Below, one piece after another: positions 13,162 to 26,777 of a stretch of 64,000 nucleotides of DNA. Source of the stretch: Eledone cirrhosa (Eukaryota); assembly GCA_964016885.1 (NCBI GenBank), contig OZ024743.1:195734001-195798000 (forward strand). Direction: 5' to 3'. The stretch's first letter is position 1. The number at the start of each line of letters is the position of its first letter. The notes beneath the pieces were generated by a model. That model ran no database searches. It had not been told where the DNA came from and saw only the letters and a program-made list of their open reading frames with translations. Both the position numbers and the translations under genes were made by a program.

Positions 13162-15872
13162 TTTATATAAATATTATTTGTTATCTTAATTTCTATACAT
13201 TTATATTTATAATACTTATCAGCCACAACGCCAACTCTACGCTTGATATAAAAGAGTTATTCATATTTTGATATGTTACATAATGTGAGTCCTTAGATGT
13301 AGCAATATAGATGAAAATGTATGAATTGCATTTTATTTAATAAATCGGGGCATAAATAGTTCAAAACGAAATATTTTGAATTAAGGTGTAATTTTTAACT
13401 TTTAATTTTCTTGTTTGTAAGTTTATTTGCATATTTCTAAATGTACATGAATTTGCATAATTTCATTTGCACAAATATTCGTTGGAATGAATATAAATGC
13501 ATTTGTATGGTTTCTATGCAAATGTAAATGATGCATATGCACGTTTACTCTTGTATATACATCAAAACACGCTGATGCGATTAAAGGTGATAAAAGAAGG
13601 AAGCAGATTTTGGATGATATTCAATATAAATATATAATGAGTCCTTTTTCAAAACAGAATCCATATATATATATATTCCATCAATAATACATACGTTTGT
13701 TTGCAGATATTTTCAGGGTGCGAAAATACGGCAGGCCTAGCAAAAGAAAAGTATAAAAATATTCTGTTGTATCGAGTACAAGATACGTTAAATCTAATGC
13801 AATTAAAGGTAAGGAACAATTCATTGAATTAATAGAAAGCCCCAGCGTTGCAGGAAATTGCGTACTTGATTCATATATACGTAAATTGAATAGAAGAGGT
13901 TTTTATTCTGTAATCTGCAGTTTTCCTGTTCCAAATATATTATTTAAGGATGGCAAATTTTAGCTTTTTTTTCTTTTGCTTTGAGTTGTCCCTTTTATTT
14001 TGTGTCTCATAAATTAATGAATTGTTTTACAGACATCATTGTCTTTATCAGTTCAAAATCTATATGTTCGATGCTAAAGTATACCGAGTTTTCGTTTCCT
14101 TAATTAACATAGGTGCTTATTGGCTCTCATTTAGTAATTCTTTTTCGTGTTCCATGAAATTTATTTTATCAATTAGTCACCCATGAAGATTATTATAACC
14201 CGACAAATTGAGATCTTGGTCTTTGACATTGAGTCCAATTACATTACGAGAGGGGACAAACTTTTGGTGATACCACATACTAAATGGTTTTATTGACATA
14301 TAGTATAAAGCATCGAGGAAATAATAATTCAACAGTTGACATCGTTCATAATCTAATAAGCAACGTAATAGCTAGAAAATGTCATATTCTATTGATTAAT
14401 GGGGTGTTATTTTTCACTTTATACGGATGAATTTAAATATAATTTTCTAGAAAATTCCATTGTAAGTATGCTACTATTTACACCATAGAATCTCTGAATT
14501 GTCAAAAAAGATACAAGCAGAAACGGGAAAAAAAGGAAATAACTCGATAAGAGAATGAATGAAATAGAATCCTGATTTTAAAATAAAAGAAATGTAAAAG
14601 GTGATTAAAGCTGAATATAGAACATGATGGTTTGCTATAAAACTTTGATCTGCCTACAATATTTTATGGGATAAGCAACAAATGGTCTTAAAAAGATTTT
14701 ATGTCATCTAAAAGGGATACTAATATTGTAGTAAACAATTTATGGCAACGGTAAAAACTCGTGGATAGATGTGGATAAAAGCCCTAATATTACAGCATTA
14801 TCTCTGAATCAGCTTATTGATATTTGAAAAGATTAAAGAAAATGGGACCATTGAATCCTTTTATGTTTGTACATACAAACCTTGTGTAAGCAAGTAACTG
14901 CGAGAAAAAGGAAAGGAAATTTAAAGATAGGATAAGAAAACAATATGGAGAATAGGCTTTAATTAATGTTTTTTCGTGTTCGCTTTTAAAATGTGATGTA
15001 GGAATTGAAAGTATTTATATGGTATCAAAGAAAATCTACAATGTAATTTTGACGTGTTCTTTAAATTTCATGTCTTAAAATCGAATTCTCTTAAAACTGA
15101 GAGTTGCTTGGTAGTTTCGACTTAAGACTTTATGGCTTATGATACATTACTCATCGATTTATAAGAACATATTTAGTTAGAGGGATATAAGAGCTGACCG
15201 GCAGTTCGTTCTTAAAACTGTCCTTGTGTTATTTATTGCTCATAGTGCACTACTCATCAATTTGTAAGGAAATATTCCTGGGAATATGAGAACACATGTA
15301 TATGTGAGGTAGATGCTATTTCACATTTTGACAGGGTAGCTCACTGAATTATTATGATATGATAATTAATTATTCATTAATGTAACTCTGTTTTTTATGG
15401 ATTCTCATTCCTTAGTCATCCAATCATTCATCAAGATACATAAAATACTTAAATATGTCCTGTGTAGGGCAACCTGGATGTATCTAATGGTTAAAGAAAG
15501 AGACCATATAAGTTATTTATAAAACGAAATTGGAATTTATGGGTTTTGAAAAGGCCTTTCATTACATATTCATATTTGATATTTTCCGAATACTGCAACT
15601 CACTTTCCTCTTTCATCAACTTTAATCCCATCAATGTGCTTTGATGTATATTCAAGTGCAAACGTGTAAGGGAATCATAGGAATCAGGCAAAAGCATATA
15701 TGTCAATAGATATTTATGTAAACGAAAATTATGTAAATAGGTGTGCATGTAAACAAATGCAAATAAACTTGCATGCATACAAGAAAATAAAAACTCAGAA
15801 ATCATTCCTTAATTCATAAGAGTTTTATTTACGGCAATTTATACCCCAATTCATACAATAAAATGCAACGTG

Positions 15873-15939
<67 letters not shown>

Positions 15940-16017
15940 CAACTACCGACGCCTTCTTCACACGCTCTTCTATGTACCTACTTATTTTAAACACTTAAAT
16001 ACACACACACATGCGCA

Positions 16018-16058
16018 TAGGAACACGCATATATATATATATATATATTTAAGGAACA

Positions 16059-16100
<42 letters not shown>

Positions 16101-16107
16101 AGGAACA

Positions 16108-16157
<50 letters not shown>
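16018..16157. repeat. Compound tandem repeat: 3 x AGGAACACGC(AT)n
   Basis: Directly visible. Confidence 0.9.
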
Positions 16158-16159
<2 letters not shown>

Positions 16160-19149
16160 ATATTACTTTTATTATTATTATTATTATTACTATTTACTAT
16201 ATGTATATGTTTATATATTTATAAATGTGTGTGTATGCGCGTGCTATTGAAAATGTTCTGAAACGGTGAATGCAATAAGCAGCAACAGCAGCAGTAGCAG
16301 CGGAATACCGTGTCTATAAAATGTAATAGTGATCCAACTTCCGGATTACTTGGTTGTATGAATAAATACTATGATTGCATTCATAACATTTCTCTCAATA
16401 GGTATAGAATGTTAAATACTTGGAAACATTTAGATTATAGTGATAGAATTTTCTTTATAATTTAGTTCTAGTTAGTATAAAAGCTTGCGAAACGTCTACA
16501 ACATGAGTATTACATCAATGAATATAAAATCAACTGACAAGTTCACATGAAAATAATCGAAATGAAAAATAACTAGTCAGTAGGTCATATGCAGTAAAAT
16601 ATATCTTTGCTTGGTATTTATCGGTTAAAACAGGAAAATGTAGTTATAACTGGTAGTTAAGAACAAGCAGGTGTAAGAAATAAATTTGCTAAAGATAACG
16701 TATGCTCATGTGATTGCATATATATCTGGGATAGAGATATGAGATAGTGAATTTAGTAGCATCTTTTAAATAAGATTAAGTCGTAGTTACGAATATTTAA
16801 TATTATGTGTTTGCAACTGATCATCTGGCAATGAGATTCGTATAGTTATTTATATAGAAAATATTATATAAAACTGATGTTTTTGTTTTTCAAGTTTAAA
16901 CTAACACAAGTAGACATGTTTGTTAGAGTTCAGGCAAGCGGCGAAATAAATCGAAGAAAGTAAAAACGTCTGCATTGAGAAAACAGGTATATTCAGATTT
17001 AGATCTGGCCATAATTGAAGTGCTGCCACTGATTATAGTGTCGGAAGTAGAGAGGAATGCAAGCCAGAGCTTTCAGCTAACACATTTCAGATTTCCATTG
17101 CAGTCATCTGAAAGGCATAATTTGATTTGACTGTATTTTTGGAAAAGATTTAGGAATGTTCATCTGTGGAAAAATCGTTGAAGTTTAAGCAAAATGTCAG
17201 AATAAGTTCAATAATTGGGGATCTGTTTTCAGTTAGCCTGAAAAGTGGGTTGCTTCAGTAACCAATTATCTGAGATTGATAATCACTAACAAGAACTGTG
17301 TTTTCCGTGTTTATAGCCTAATGGCAGATAAGCAGTCTAATGAAAACAGACTTAGAAAACATAATAATAGGAATTTGTTGACTTGATTCTTTTTAGAGAG
17401 AAATTACAAAACTGTTGTCTGTCTTAAAAGAGAATTCTACTGATAGACGTTTGAGCTTACAAACACAAACTGATTATGATGTTCCGATATTCTCTCAAGC
17501 GGTTTTAACACCAGGTAACTTCAAAAAGAATCTAGATCCATTAAGTTAAGATATATATCATATATAGTTCTCTGGAATTTTACCTTCTGGGATATGACAC
17601 TTTGATTTTCAATAATTATTTCTTTTTAACTTTAAATGCTAATAAAGCCGCTATCAGCATTAGATCACAAAAGGAAAGAATTTTCAATATACTTGATATG
17701 ATGAAAAAAGAAATAGCAATTTAATCAATTTTTTAAAAAGTAGACGAAGTATCTATGACAAGAATTCTAGAAATTGGTTATTATTCAAAGTATCATTATA
17801 CAAAAAATATGCAAAATTTTTTTGTAGTTTATTGAATAATCCATATTAGCTCAATTTGTCGTAACAGAAACAGAATCGCAATGGTGATACTGACGTATAT
17901 TCTTTAATTATTATATATGATAATAAGAAAATGCGATTACTAGGTATTGCTGAATTCTCAATTTTCAACTAACGAAATGTGGAGCATATTTGTTTTAAAT
18001 GTTTACCGTTCGCCTGAATTTTGAACGTTTTGTTTATAACTTCATCAAAATCAAATGTTTAAAATATTAAGCTTATCGCATATTTTATATGATCTGAAGT
18101 TGTTATCACGATATCAGCATCTAAAGGGAATTTTGATATTATGTTATGCAATTTTAAAATAATTTGCGTCAAAATACTAAAGATGTTAACAGTTCTTTAG
18201 AACAGGATTAAAGTCATATCTAATGTACACTAATCATTTTTTTTAATTGATTAGATTGCATGAAAAAAGTAGGACTCGTCGCGATATTTGTAAGATTTCA
18301 TAGAATATTGCACTTCAGAGAGAAGACTAAGAAATATGTTTAGTGCGAGATTTGGGAAGTGAGAAAAAAATGTAGCAGATGAGAAAATGTAAGACTGGCT
18401 GGTAGAGTGTAGCTAAAGTAAAGCTGTAGATATAAATGGGAGGAGTAATCTATTTGGGTTTTGAATCTTTGCCAGTCAGTGTAATGGCCAAATTTTCTAA
18501 CGAATATTATTTGTAGACAAGTAGCCGAAGCACCGTTTTACACATGTTATGAAAGTGTGAGGTTTAGTTGAACATTGTACAGAATAAGAATCTGATCATT
18601 ACTGAAATTATTCCATAGTTCTGCTAAGGAAGCATAGTAACTGGGATACAACCTTCAATAATATACATACATAAGCACACAAATAAATATACATATCTTC
18701 ACTTTCTTTATTCAATAGAAAATCTGAATTCTGACACCCCAGCGAACTAACCAAGAACAATTCTCCCATCCCTTTCTCTTGACCATTATCTTTCACTTAT
18801 CATAAAATTCTCTAAAAAGGCTACAGAATGTATTTCCAAATAAAGGCACGAAAATTTAATGAAAACTTGTTCACGTGACAGCCATAATTTCATTTATAGC
18901 CAACCAAAAAAAAGCCTTCGTGAGCCCCTTTTTTCAACTAAAAAGAAATTCAAACACTCATATATGAAAAAACAACCTGTGACAACCCCCCCCCCCCACA
19001 CACACACACTCTTATTTGAAGAACTATTGTAACGCGAACTGGCGCGGAAATCTATTATAATTATTGACAAACCAATCAAATTACTTCTCGAAAAACCTGG
19101 CATTTCGAGCCACTTTTTCCATATAAAACAAGTAACATTCAGAGACCAA

Positions 19150-19370
19150 CCAGATGTGAGAAAAACCACAGACCCTCCATCTCAACTCTACTTTTGAAAA
19201 GCAGAAGAACTGCGAAACCGGTAAAGGAACCAAATAAATATATATATTTTTTTTTTAAATAAGACTCCAGGTGGATTTTCGATTTCATCTCTTTTTCTTG
19301 CTAATTTCACTCGTGTAGGACACCTCGGTTATTTTTCAATTTATAAAAAAAACCTCACTTTCAAATATAT
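19150..19370 (+). mobile_element. Non-coding hammerhead-bearing repeat (family B)
   Basis: Near-identical to 50625-50840; ends in (TA)n. Confidence 0.8.
19191..19227 (+). ncRNA. Minimal type I hammerhead-like motif, U3-A8 core variant
   Basis: CTT-TTGAAAA-GCAG AAGAA CTGC-GAA-ACCGGT-A-AAG: perfect stem II, palindromic stem III, only 3-bp stem I. Confidence 0.55.
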
Positions 19371-19754
19371 ATATATATATATATATATATGGTGAGCTGG
19401 GTGATTGCATTTAAGTATATATATACATTCATACATTTCGAAGGAAATCATCAGCAGAGCCGACTGTCAATGTATTATGGTGGTATTTATACATTTTCTG
19501 GTGGTAGGGAAGGTGGTGATTGGGATGGGTGGAGGTCATTGGTTGGTGGATTTAAAGAATGTGGATTCTTTGAAAAAACTATACTTAAAGAAAAATAGTG
19601 ACACAGAAGAATACAAAAGCAGGCACTCCTAATTTTCAAAGGTCAATTATGCTAAGATATATATATATAAAATAAACATGAAACAATCACAAGGAAGAAA
19701 ATCAAATTTTCCAGTTGTTGTCTTCCTGTTTCTTCTACAACTACAACGGTACGC

Positions 19755-20262
19755 GATGGGGCCCAGCCACAGCCCCGGTGACAGAATGGAGAAGGTGTTT
19801 CCCCGGAGGACGGCGAGGGAGACGCGCTGCAAAAGCCACTACAACTCGCGGAGCTCACACCTGCGGCTATCCAGCTCAGCGCCTCTGGTGTTGAGTAAGC
19901 AGGTAGCCCTGGGGTCGAGGACACCAGAAGTCTCCACTGCCAGGGGTACGACCGCAAACCTGTCGGAGAGCGACCGGTATTTGAGGAGTTTGGCCCCCTC
20001 AGCCCGACGTGCAGCAGAACCTGGGTCAGTCGCTGACTGCGCTAGGTTGCGGCTGCAGTAAGTGTCGGTGCAAGTGGCATCCCAGACGAGGGGTTTGCCA
20101 CTGAGGAACGGGAAGATGGTCATGCCATCTGGCCTTTTGCCATCCCCTCGATCCAGCCGCACCGGCTCGAGCTGGGAAGGGAAGAGAGCAGCGTCCAAGC
20201 TATGCTTAATGACCTCGTTTAGGGCAGCATGGCGTGGAATGCGGCCGGCACTCTGGCGACAA
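19755..20262 (-). mobile_element. CRE-like RLE retrotransposon 3' fragment
   Basis: CRQSAGRIPRHAALNEVI..EP..DGKRPDGMTIFPF..GKPLVWDATCTDT..KYRSL..PLAVETSG..LQRVSLAVLRGN. Confidence 0.85.
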
Positions 20263-20452
20263 AACCAACAGGTACGACACCCAGGTGTAGACCCCGACCA
20301 AGATGGTTGTATAACATTTATGAGCGTGGCTGGTCTCGCTTTGGGATCCAGCCGTATCAGTTGAAGACGGCTGCTTTTGACAGGACCAGTAGAAGGAATG
20401 TTGCTGGACTCTGCCTCCACTAACCTCTCAGTAATTAGTAGACGAAGACGAG
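20260..20452 (+). mobile_element. RTE-clade LINE 3' end fragment
   Basis: Homologous to 24710-24870 (AGACCCCGA..AGATGG..TTGGGATCCAGCCGTATCAGTTG). Confidence 0.7.
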
Positions 20453-20739
20453 GTTGTTCAAAAACTGAGCGGAATAAAACACAATTTCTTTAAATATATA
20501 TATTACTGTAAATGTTTACCAAAGCAATGTCTTTCTGGCAATACACACTACTATATATATTACATTAATGAATTTAACATATGCCAATACATTATAAGTG
20601 ACGGCAGAGGCGTATGGTTAAGAAGATCGCTTTAATCTTACTGCCTGGTAGCTTGAGCGTTAGTTTTCTATTGTATCCACCAATTAAAAGTGGAATTTGT
20701 TAGATAGAAACTGTGCGCAGACATGTGTATATTACATAT

Positions 20740-20972
<233 letters not shown>

Positions 20973-20974
20973 TG

Positions 20975-21905
20975 CTACCTGAGGTCCAGTACGTATTCCG
21001 AACAGTCAGGATCACTGCTAACACGGTGTTGGCACTATGCCACCAGCATGTGAAATATACTAAACAGCGGACTCAATTTGAATCTTATACAGAGGCCTCA
21101 CCAAGGCTTTTGAATACGTCAACAGAACTACGCTACTGGAAGTCACTTATTCCCACTGCTGTCCGACAACATGAAGGACCATGTCAAAGTAACCACTGAC
21201 AACACAGAACCGAATGAGATTGATTGCAGAATGAAGCAAGAATGTGTATTGGCACTTATATTGTTCATTGTGTACATAACAGCAATACTGCTGGTAGCGG
21301 CACCCCACTCTCTTTTCAAAAGAAAAGAGAATATGATACTCAGGACTGAAGGATGGCTATTCCACCCGAGAAGAATGAAAACATGCACCAATGTGAAACC
21401 GTTTATGGATCATGAATTCTCATATACTGAGTCAGAATTAGAGCTAGATTCACTCACTAATGTTCTACATGAATTTATTCTCCAATTCGATCTCGACATA
21501 AATATTCGCAAAACGAAGGTTATAACCAAAGCACTAATGCATATTCTAGCAACAGAAGCCAACACTCCAGTAGGCGGTAAAGTAGTTGAATGCCCTGAAA
21601 CTTTACATACTTCGGTAGCAACATATCTCACGATAGTAGCATCAATAAAGAAATCGGGCAACGAACATATAATCCGATTCCAGCATGGGTTGCACTAAGA
21701 GGAAAGATCGAAAAGCATAAGAAATATACCTAAATTGCTGTTTACAAGGAAGTGGTAATGGCAATCATCAACTAATACACTGAGATATAGACGAGTCAAC
21801 GCAGCCACCACTGGTAGCTAGAGTTAAATTCACTTCCACAGATATGCAACATTGATTGGCATGACAGAGTATCGAACCTGGGTATCATTGAATGCGCCTG
21901 GGTCA
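20975..21905 (+). mobile_element. Highly degenerate RTE (BovB-like) RT remnant
   Basis: PEVQYVFR, MKQECVLALILFIVY (cf. VKQGCVLAPTLF), LDINIRKTKV, KIAVYKEVV. Confidence 0.6.
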
Positions 21906-22494
21906 CTAGCATGGTAAGAATCTTGTCCAAATTATCTGAGCTGTACCGCCAAAACTGCGATGTAGAATCTGCCGCTCAATCTCCTTTCCCTTACATTCGT
22001 TATTTTTTTTTTCGCTTTCTAGTGCACACAAATGTAAAAAATCGTATCTTGATTCTTTCTCCAAATGTTTTCTTACAATGAAGGTCCAGATAGCACTGTA
22101 TCTATTTCTAATTGTTTCTCGAAGTTCTTTCATTTGGCATGATTAACTTGATCGACTTCTACTATGTTTCTCTGTTTTTAATTTTCTCACAATATTTTGC
22201 ATATTGTTGCAGAAAATGTCTTATTTGTAGAGGCTAACTGAACTGATGGATATGCTAGTTTATCAGTTCAACCCTGCTATTAGCCTTTCTATGTATCTTG
22301 ATGGCACTTAACTCACTGTCTTATTTCACCGCTCTGCCACGTATAAACACTAGATCGTATCAAACAATTTATAGACGTTAAGCTTACAAAGTTGCAACAA
22401 GAAGCTACTCTCGAAGAAAATCTAGATTCTTTATTTTAAATGTTTCGAAGGAAACGAAATCTGATATGAATTTTTTGGTTTTTATCTATATGTA

Positions 22495-22820
22495 TGGGAT
22501 CCGCGTCATTTCCGACGATGAGTGGGGCAGTTGTTTGATCAACGAAACAGCCAGTCTATGAAATTAACGTGCAAGTTGCTGCGTATTCCCCCGACACGTG
22601 TACCTAATGTAACTCCCTGTGACATTCAACGTGAAGTATAGTGCAGCATTACTGATGAACTTTAAATCACAGATGCATCTCATATTTCCCGAGTTGACTG
22701 AAGCAATGTGAAATAAAGTGTCTTGCTCATGGACACAATGCGCTTCCGGGAATCGAACTCATGCGTTCAGGATAATAAACAAAACATTCTAGCTCCTAAG
22801 CCACGGGCATTCACAGGTGC
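22495..22820 (-). mobile_element. tRNA-derived SINE (same family as 9421-9745)
   Basis: Reverse complement of the core (AAAGTGTCTTGCTCATGGACACAATGCGC) and B-box-like GGGAATCGAACTC. Confidence 0.75.
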
Positions 22821-22892
22821 AGTGCTTTTATAGATAAATAGATAGACAGAGAGAGAGAAAAATATATAGACAGATAGATAAAAAGACAGGCA

Positions 22893-23045
<153 letters not shown>

Positions 23046-23163
23046 GATACACACAGAGAGAGACAGAGAAATAGAGAGATAGGTAGATAGATTTTTTGGC
23101 GTCCGTGAATCTTGCGAGACAATAGATCTGCACCTGGAACGTTTTGCTTTTGTTTTATATACA

Positions 23164-24144
23164 TACTAGCAGAAGTGCCCGGCGTTGTTCGGAGTTTAAT
23201 TGATTTAAAGTACTCTTAATGATTCCACTCAATTATGATTATTGAGGCAAAGAAAGTAAATACGGGTAAGCAAGGAAGGGGGGGGGGGCGAAACATTTCA
23301 ATTGAACAGTGAATAAGTGGAAAGTGAGTACTAAGTAAGTTGTATGAAGAATGCACGTCAAATAGTAGGTCAAACCTGTAAGCCAAGCCCGTCTGAGTTA
23401 TAGCACAAAAGAGTGTAAACAGGGGCGATAATTTGCAGCACACTGGAAAAAAATCATCAAAATCGGACGTTCCTGAAAAAAGTTTTCTCATTATTTTTTT
23501 GTCTCATATTGCTAAAAACAAAGAAAAAAAATTACAAAAAGGACAACAATAAAATATAATGTCTTTGTTGAGATTCAAGTAAATAAATGCTTAAGCGTCG
23601 TTATGACTACGTTTGTTGTTGTATAAATTCATCTGTTGCTTTTGAATATTTGTTATTTGATGTAAAATGTAATGGTGAGCATCGTTATGACTATGTTTAT
23701 TGTTATATAAAGTGATGTGTTTCTTGGTTTTCAAAGTTTATGTCGCGTTCCTGAACGAAGTTTTGTCGCTGTTAGAGTTGCAGAGGAGATTGAGAGGGGA
23801 GTTGAGGTCGGGATGAACCTTTTAAAGAGAGTTGCAGAGGAGATTGAGAGGGGAGTAGCGGGGGGATGAACCTTTTAAAGAGAGTTGCAACATGTATGTA
23901 GTTTCATCGATTTTTTAGGGTAGTAGAGAGAGGGATTAAGCGTGTAAGAGAGAGGGTTAAAACATGTATTTAGTTTTATCGATTTTTTTTCATAGAAGCA
24001 GGAAATTTATGGCAAAGTTTATTACGCGTTGACCATCGCTGCTAAATTTGGAGCACATTGGAAAAACAATCATCAAAATCGGTAGAGAAATGTGGAAATG
24101 CATAAAAATCATACAGACATCTTCCGTTTTATATATAGAGAGAT
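23164..24144 (+). mobile_element. Non-autonomous Helitron/Helentron (HINE/DINE-1/Lep1-like) element
   Basis: 5' TACTAGCAGAAGTGCCCGGCGTTGTTCGG hairpin start; internal ~55-bp tandem repeats (23773-23890); 3' CATACAGACATCTTCCGTTTTATATATAG; core shared with 27535-27640. Confidence 0.7.
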
Positions 24145-24484
24145 AACGCTATTTTTGAGACATTCCTATATCAAATCTTTATTAAATTATAACCAACATC
24201 TTACAACTATGAGTAGATCACTACTAACATGTATTTGAAATTCTTATATGCGTTTTAGATTCAGCTTTACACCACTTATACCGTTAATGCCTCTAGGAAA
24301 AATGTGAGCATCATAAACAATAAATGTTTATCATGTTGCAACAAAAGTGTTTTGCAAATAGTAACAAGAATACGTACAATTTTTTAAAATATTCAAATAA
24401 ATATATTAGGTCAATATATTCCGAGGTTTGTTGTCGAACTACTATTTTTTTGTGAGAATCATAACTTGCTGTCTTCAATTCAGT

Positions 24485-24905
24485 TTTCGTGCCACCCCTT
24501 ACCTATGGTCATGAATCTTGGGTCATCACCGAAAGAATATAATCGGAGGGTCTTTGAAGTAACGTTACTCGGTAGAGTGCGTAACTCGGAGATCAGAGAA
24601 TTACTCCAGGTAGAGCCGCTACATGTTCAAACTGAGAGTTCACAGCTCCGATACTATGGGCATGTGGTTAGAATGTCTCAGGAAAAAAATCGCTGGACAG
24701 ATTTTGCGGGCAAAACTAATAGGTAGGAGCCCAAAGGGTAGACCCCGAGCAAGATGGATGTATAACATCCACGAGCTGGGCTGGTCACGCTTGGGATCCA
24801 GCCGTATCAGTTGGAGACTGGCAGGGCCCGGTCGAAGTAGTGTTTGAGGACTCCGACTCCATGATGCTCTCAAGAAGAAGAAGAAGAAGAAGAAGAAGAA
24901 GAAGA
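24485..24905 (+). mobile_element. RTE-clade LINE 3' fragment with (GAA)n tail
   Basis: VTLLGRVRNSEIRELLQVEPL..QLRYYGHVVRM and GRSPKGRPRARW; (GAA)n at 24872-24904. Confidence 0.85.
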
Positions 24906-25854
24906 TGTTCAATGCATTCCACCTGGTTGAATATTATCTGTTCCGATACCTCATATCTTACCGCATAAGATTAACAACCCATCATTATGCGACTAGGAGA
25001 TGTATGATTAATCCACTTAGTCTTTCCATCTTCTCATTTATATGTTAATTACTCCAAGATTAAGCAGTTCAGTGTCATTTCTTTTACGTTTTTTATATGA
25101 TTAATGATCGCTCTTGTTTGCCCGTTAAAATACTAATTATTCAAAAAGGTCAGTAACATTTATTGAACATTTTATTTGAAATAACTCCTTTATTTTATGC
25201 CATTACTTAAAATGTATAATGTATTATTAAGTCTGTCATCCATTAAAGGTTTTAAATTTATTTGACCTCGGTGTATGTTTAGATTGCTTCCATTCATCAT
25301 AGATTTAAGAAATTGTTTCGAGAGAAGTCAGCTGTAAAGATCAACCCACAGTCGAGAGCCAGTGAAGAACAAGAGATTAGAATGAAAGAGTTGTTCTGCA
25401 ATTGAGCAAAGCTAATATCTCCATCACCTTTTTATTGATAAAGACAGAAAGACTAAAGAACGTAAAACTAAGGTTAATAAATCTTTAAATTTGGACATTT
25501 TATACATTGAGATTGGAAATCTTGGCGTAAAATTACCTGAACACTTTTCAAATACTTAATCAATTCAATGCAGCGTAAACGACAGATAGCCTTTGAATGG
25601 AAGAATTATCCTCTGGAATTCATTGTTAAATTTGAACTTAATTTACATTTACTCTATTTTCCTATTTTTGTTTTTATTCTAAAGGGCAGTTGCAAAACAA
25701 GAACATATTTTGCTTGAAACAAGTGGATTTTTATTATTCATTTATTGTTATTCAGAATGTTTTCACTAAAAGGTATTCTCAAAACCGTTTTTTAAGCTTT
25801 TATCATTTTGTTAAAGATGATAGGACTCAAGCAAATATGAAGAGTGAAATTAGG

Positions 25855-26050
25855 GTAGTGGATTGGTGAAGCCGTTGAATAAAATGCCTTGCGGTATAGT
25901 GTTATGATTCCTTACATTTTTATTTCGAATCACACCGAGATTTACGTTGCCTTTAACACTTCAGATATTGATAAAGAAAAGCACCATTCAAGTACGGACT
26001 AAAATAGTCGATTGTTTCCTCCGCCAAAATGCTTGGTCTTGTGTCTATTT
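25855..26050 (+). mobile_element. Degenerate tRNA-derived SINE (ATT-tailed family)
   Basis: Weak match to the GCCTTTCATCC..GATAAAATAAGTACC core and GGTCTTGTG end. Confidence 0.5.
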
Positions 26051-26453
26051 AATATTGACACACGTAGATAGACAGATAGATAGATGTTGGGTATGCGTTG
26101 TATGTGGCGCGGCCAACAGAGACGTCATTTTCGGAGTATGCTTATCTGGACGCGGGCCATAGCCTAGCCATGTGTATGTATATATATATATACATATATA
26201 TATATAGGTGAGTAATATTGTAGGTGAGTAATATTGAAGGTGAGTAATATTGTAGAACAATAAAAGTATGCATATATCATATTTATTTCCTTTTTTCCTT
26301 TTTTCCTCTCTTCTCTTTCTTTTTCCTTTTTCTCCTTCTTCTTTCCTTTTCTTCTATTTTCCTATCTTTTTCTTACTCTTATATTTCTGTCATATGTAGA
26401 CTTTTTACTTTCCTGTTGACAAGTGTTTTTAGGCCTCATATCATGTTACCTTT

Positions 26454-26520
26454 TTTTATCTGATGAGAACACAATTTTTGTCCCAGGATGATGTTGTTTT
26501 CGAAATGCGCACAATAAAAT
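26454..26520 (+). ncRNA. Degenerate type I hammerhead motif (family D)
   Basis: TTTTAT-CTGATGA-stem II-GAAA-TGCGCA-CA-ATAAAA; stem I pairs, but U16.1 appears mutated to C. Confidence 0.55.
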
Positions 26521-26777
26521 ATATGGAACTTTTTTAAGCATCAATTAATTTCTTCTTTTATATATATATATATATGTATGTATATGTGTGTATGTATGTG
26601 TATATATACATACATAATAAACTAGTTTGGATTTTTTTCTCTGTTTTTACGTATTTCCTTTCGATTCTCAATTTTCTGAAGTGGAATTTTACTTACTTCT
26701 CAAGAGCGTTAAGCTAATATTCTCAACTTGTAACAAATTCCATCTTTTTTTCCTTCTGTTCCCTTATATATATATAA

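Noticed and set aside
16018-16157. Repeat-spacer pattern resembling CRISPR
   Set aside because: The spacers are just (AT)n; eukaryotic context, no cas genes.
14400-18600. Possible ancient DNA-transposon coding remnants
   Set aside because: Stop-riddled AT-rich sequence with no motif I can assign.
19839-20420. 193-aa ORF as a single protein
   Set aside because: Chimera of antisense RTE 3' sequence and a CRE-like RLE fragment.
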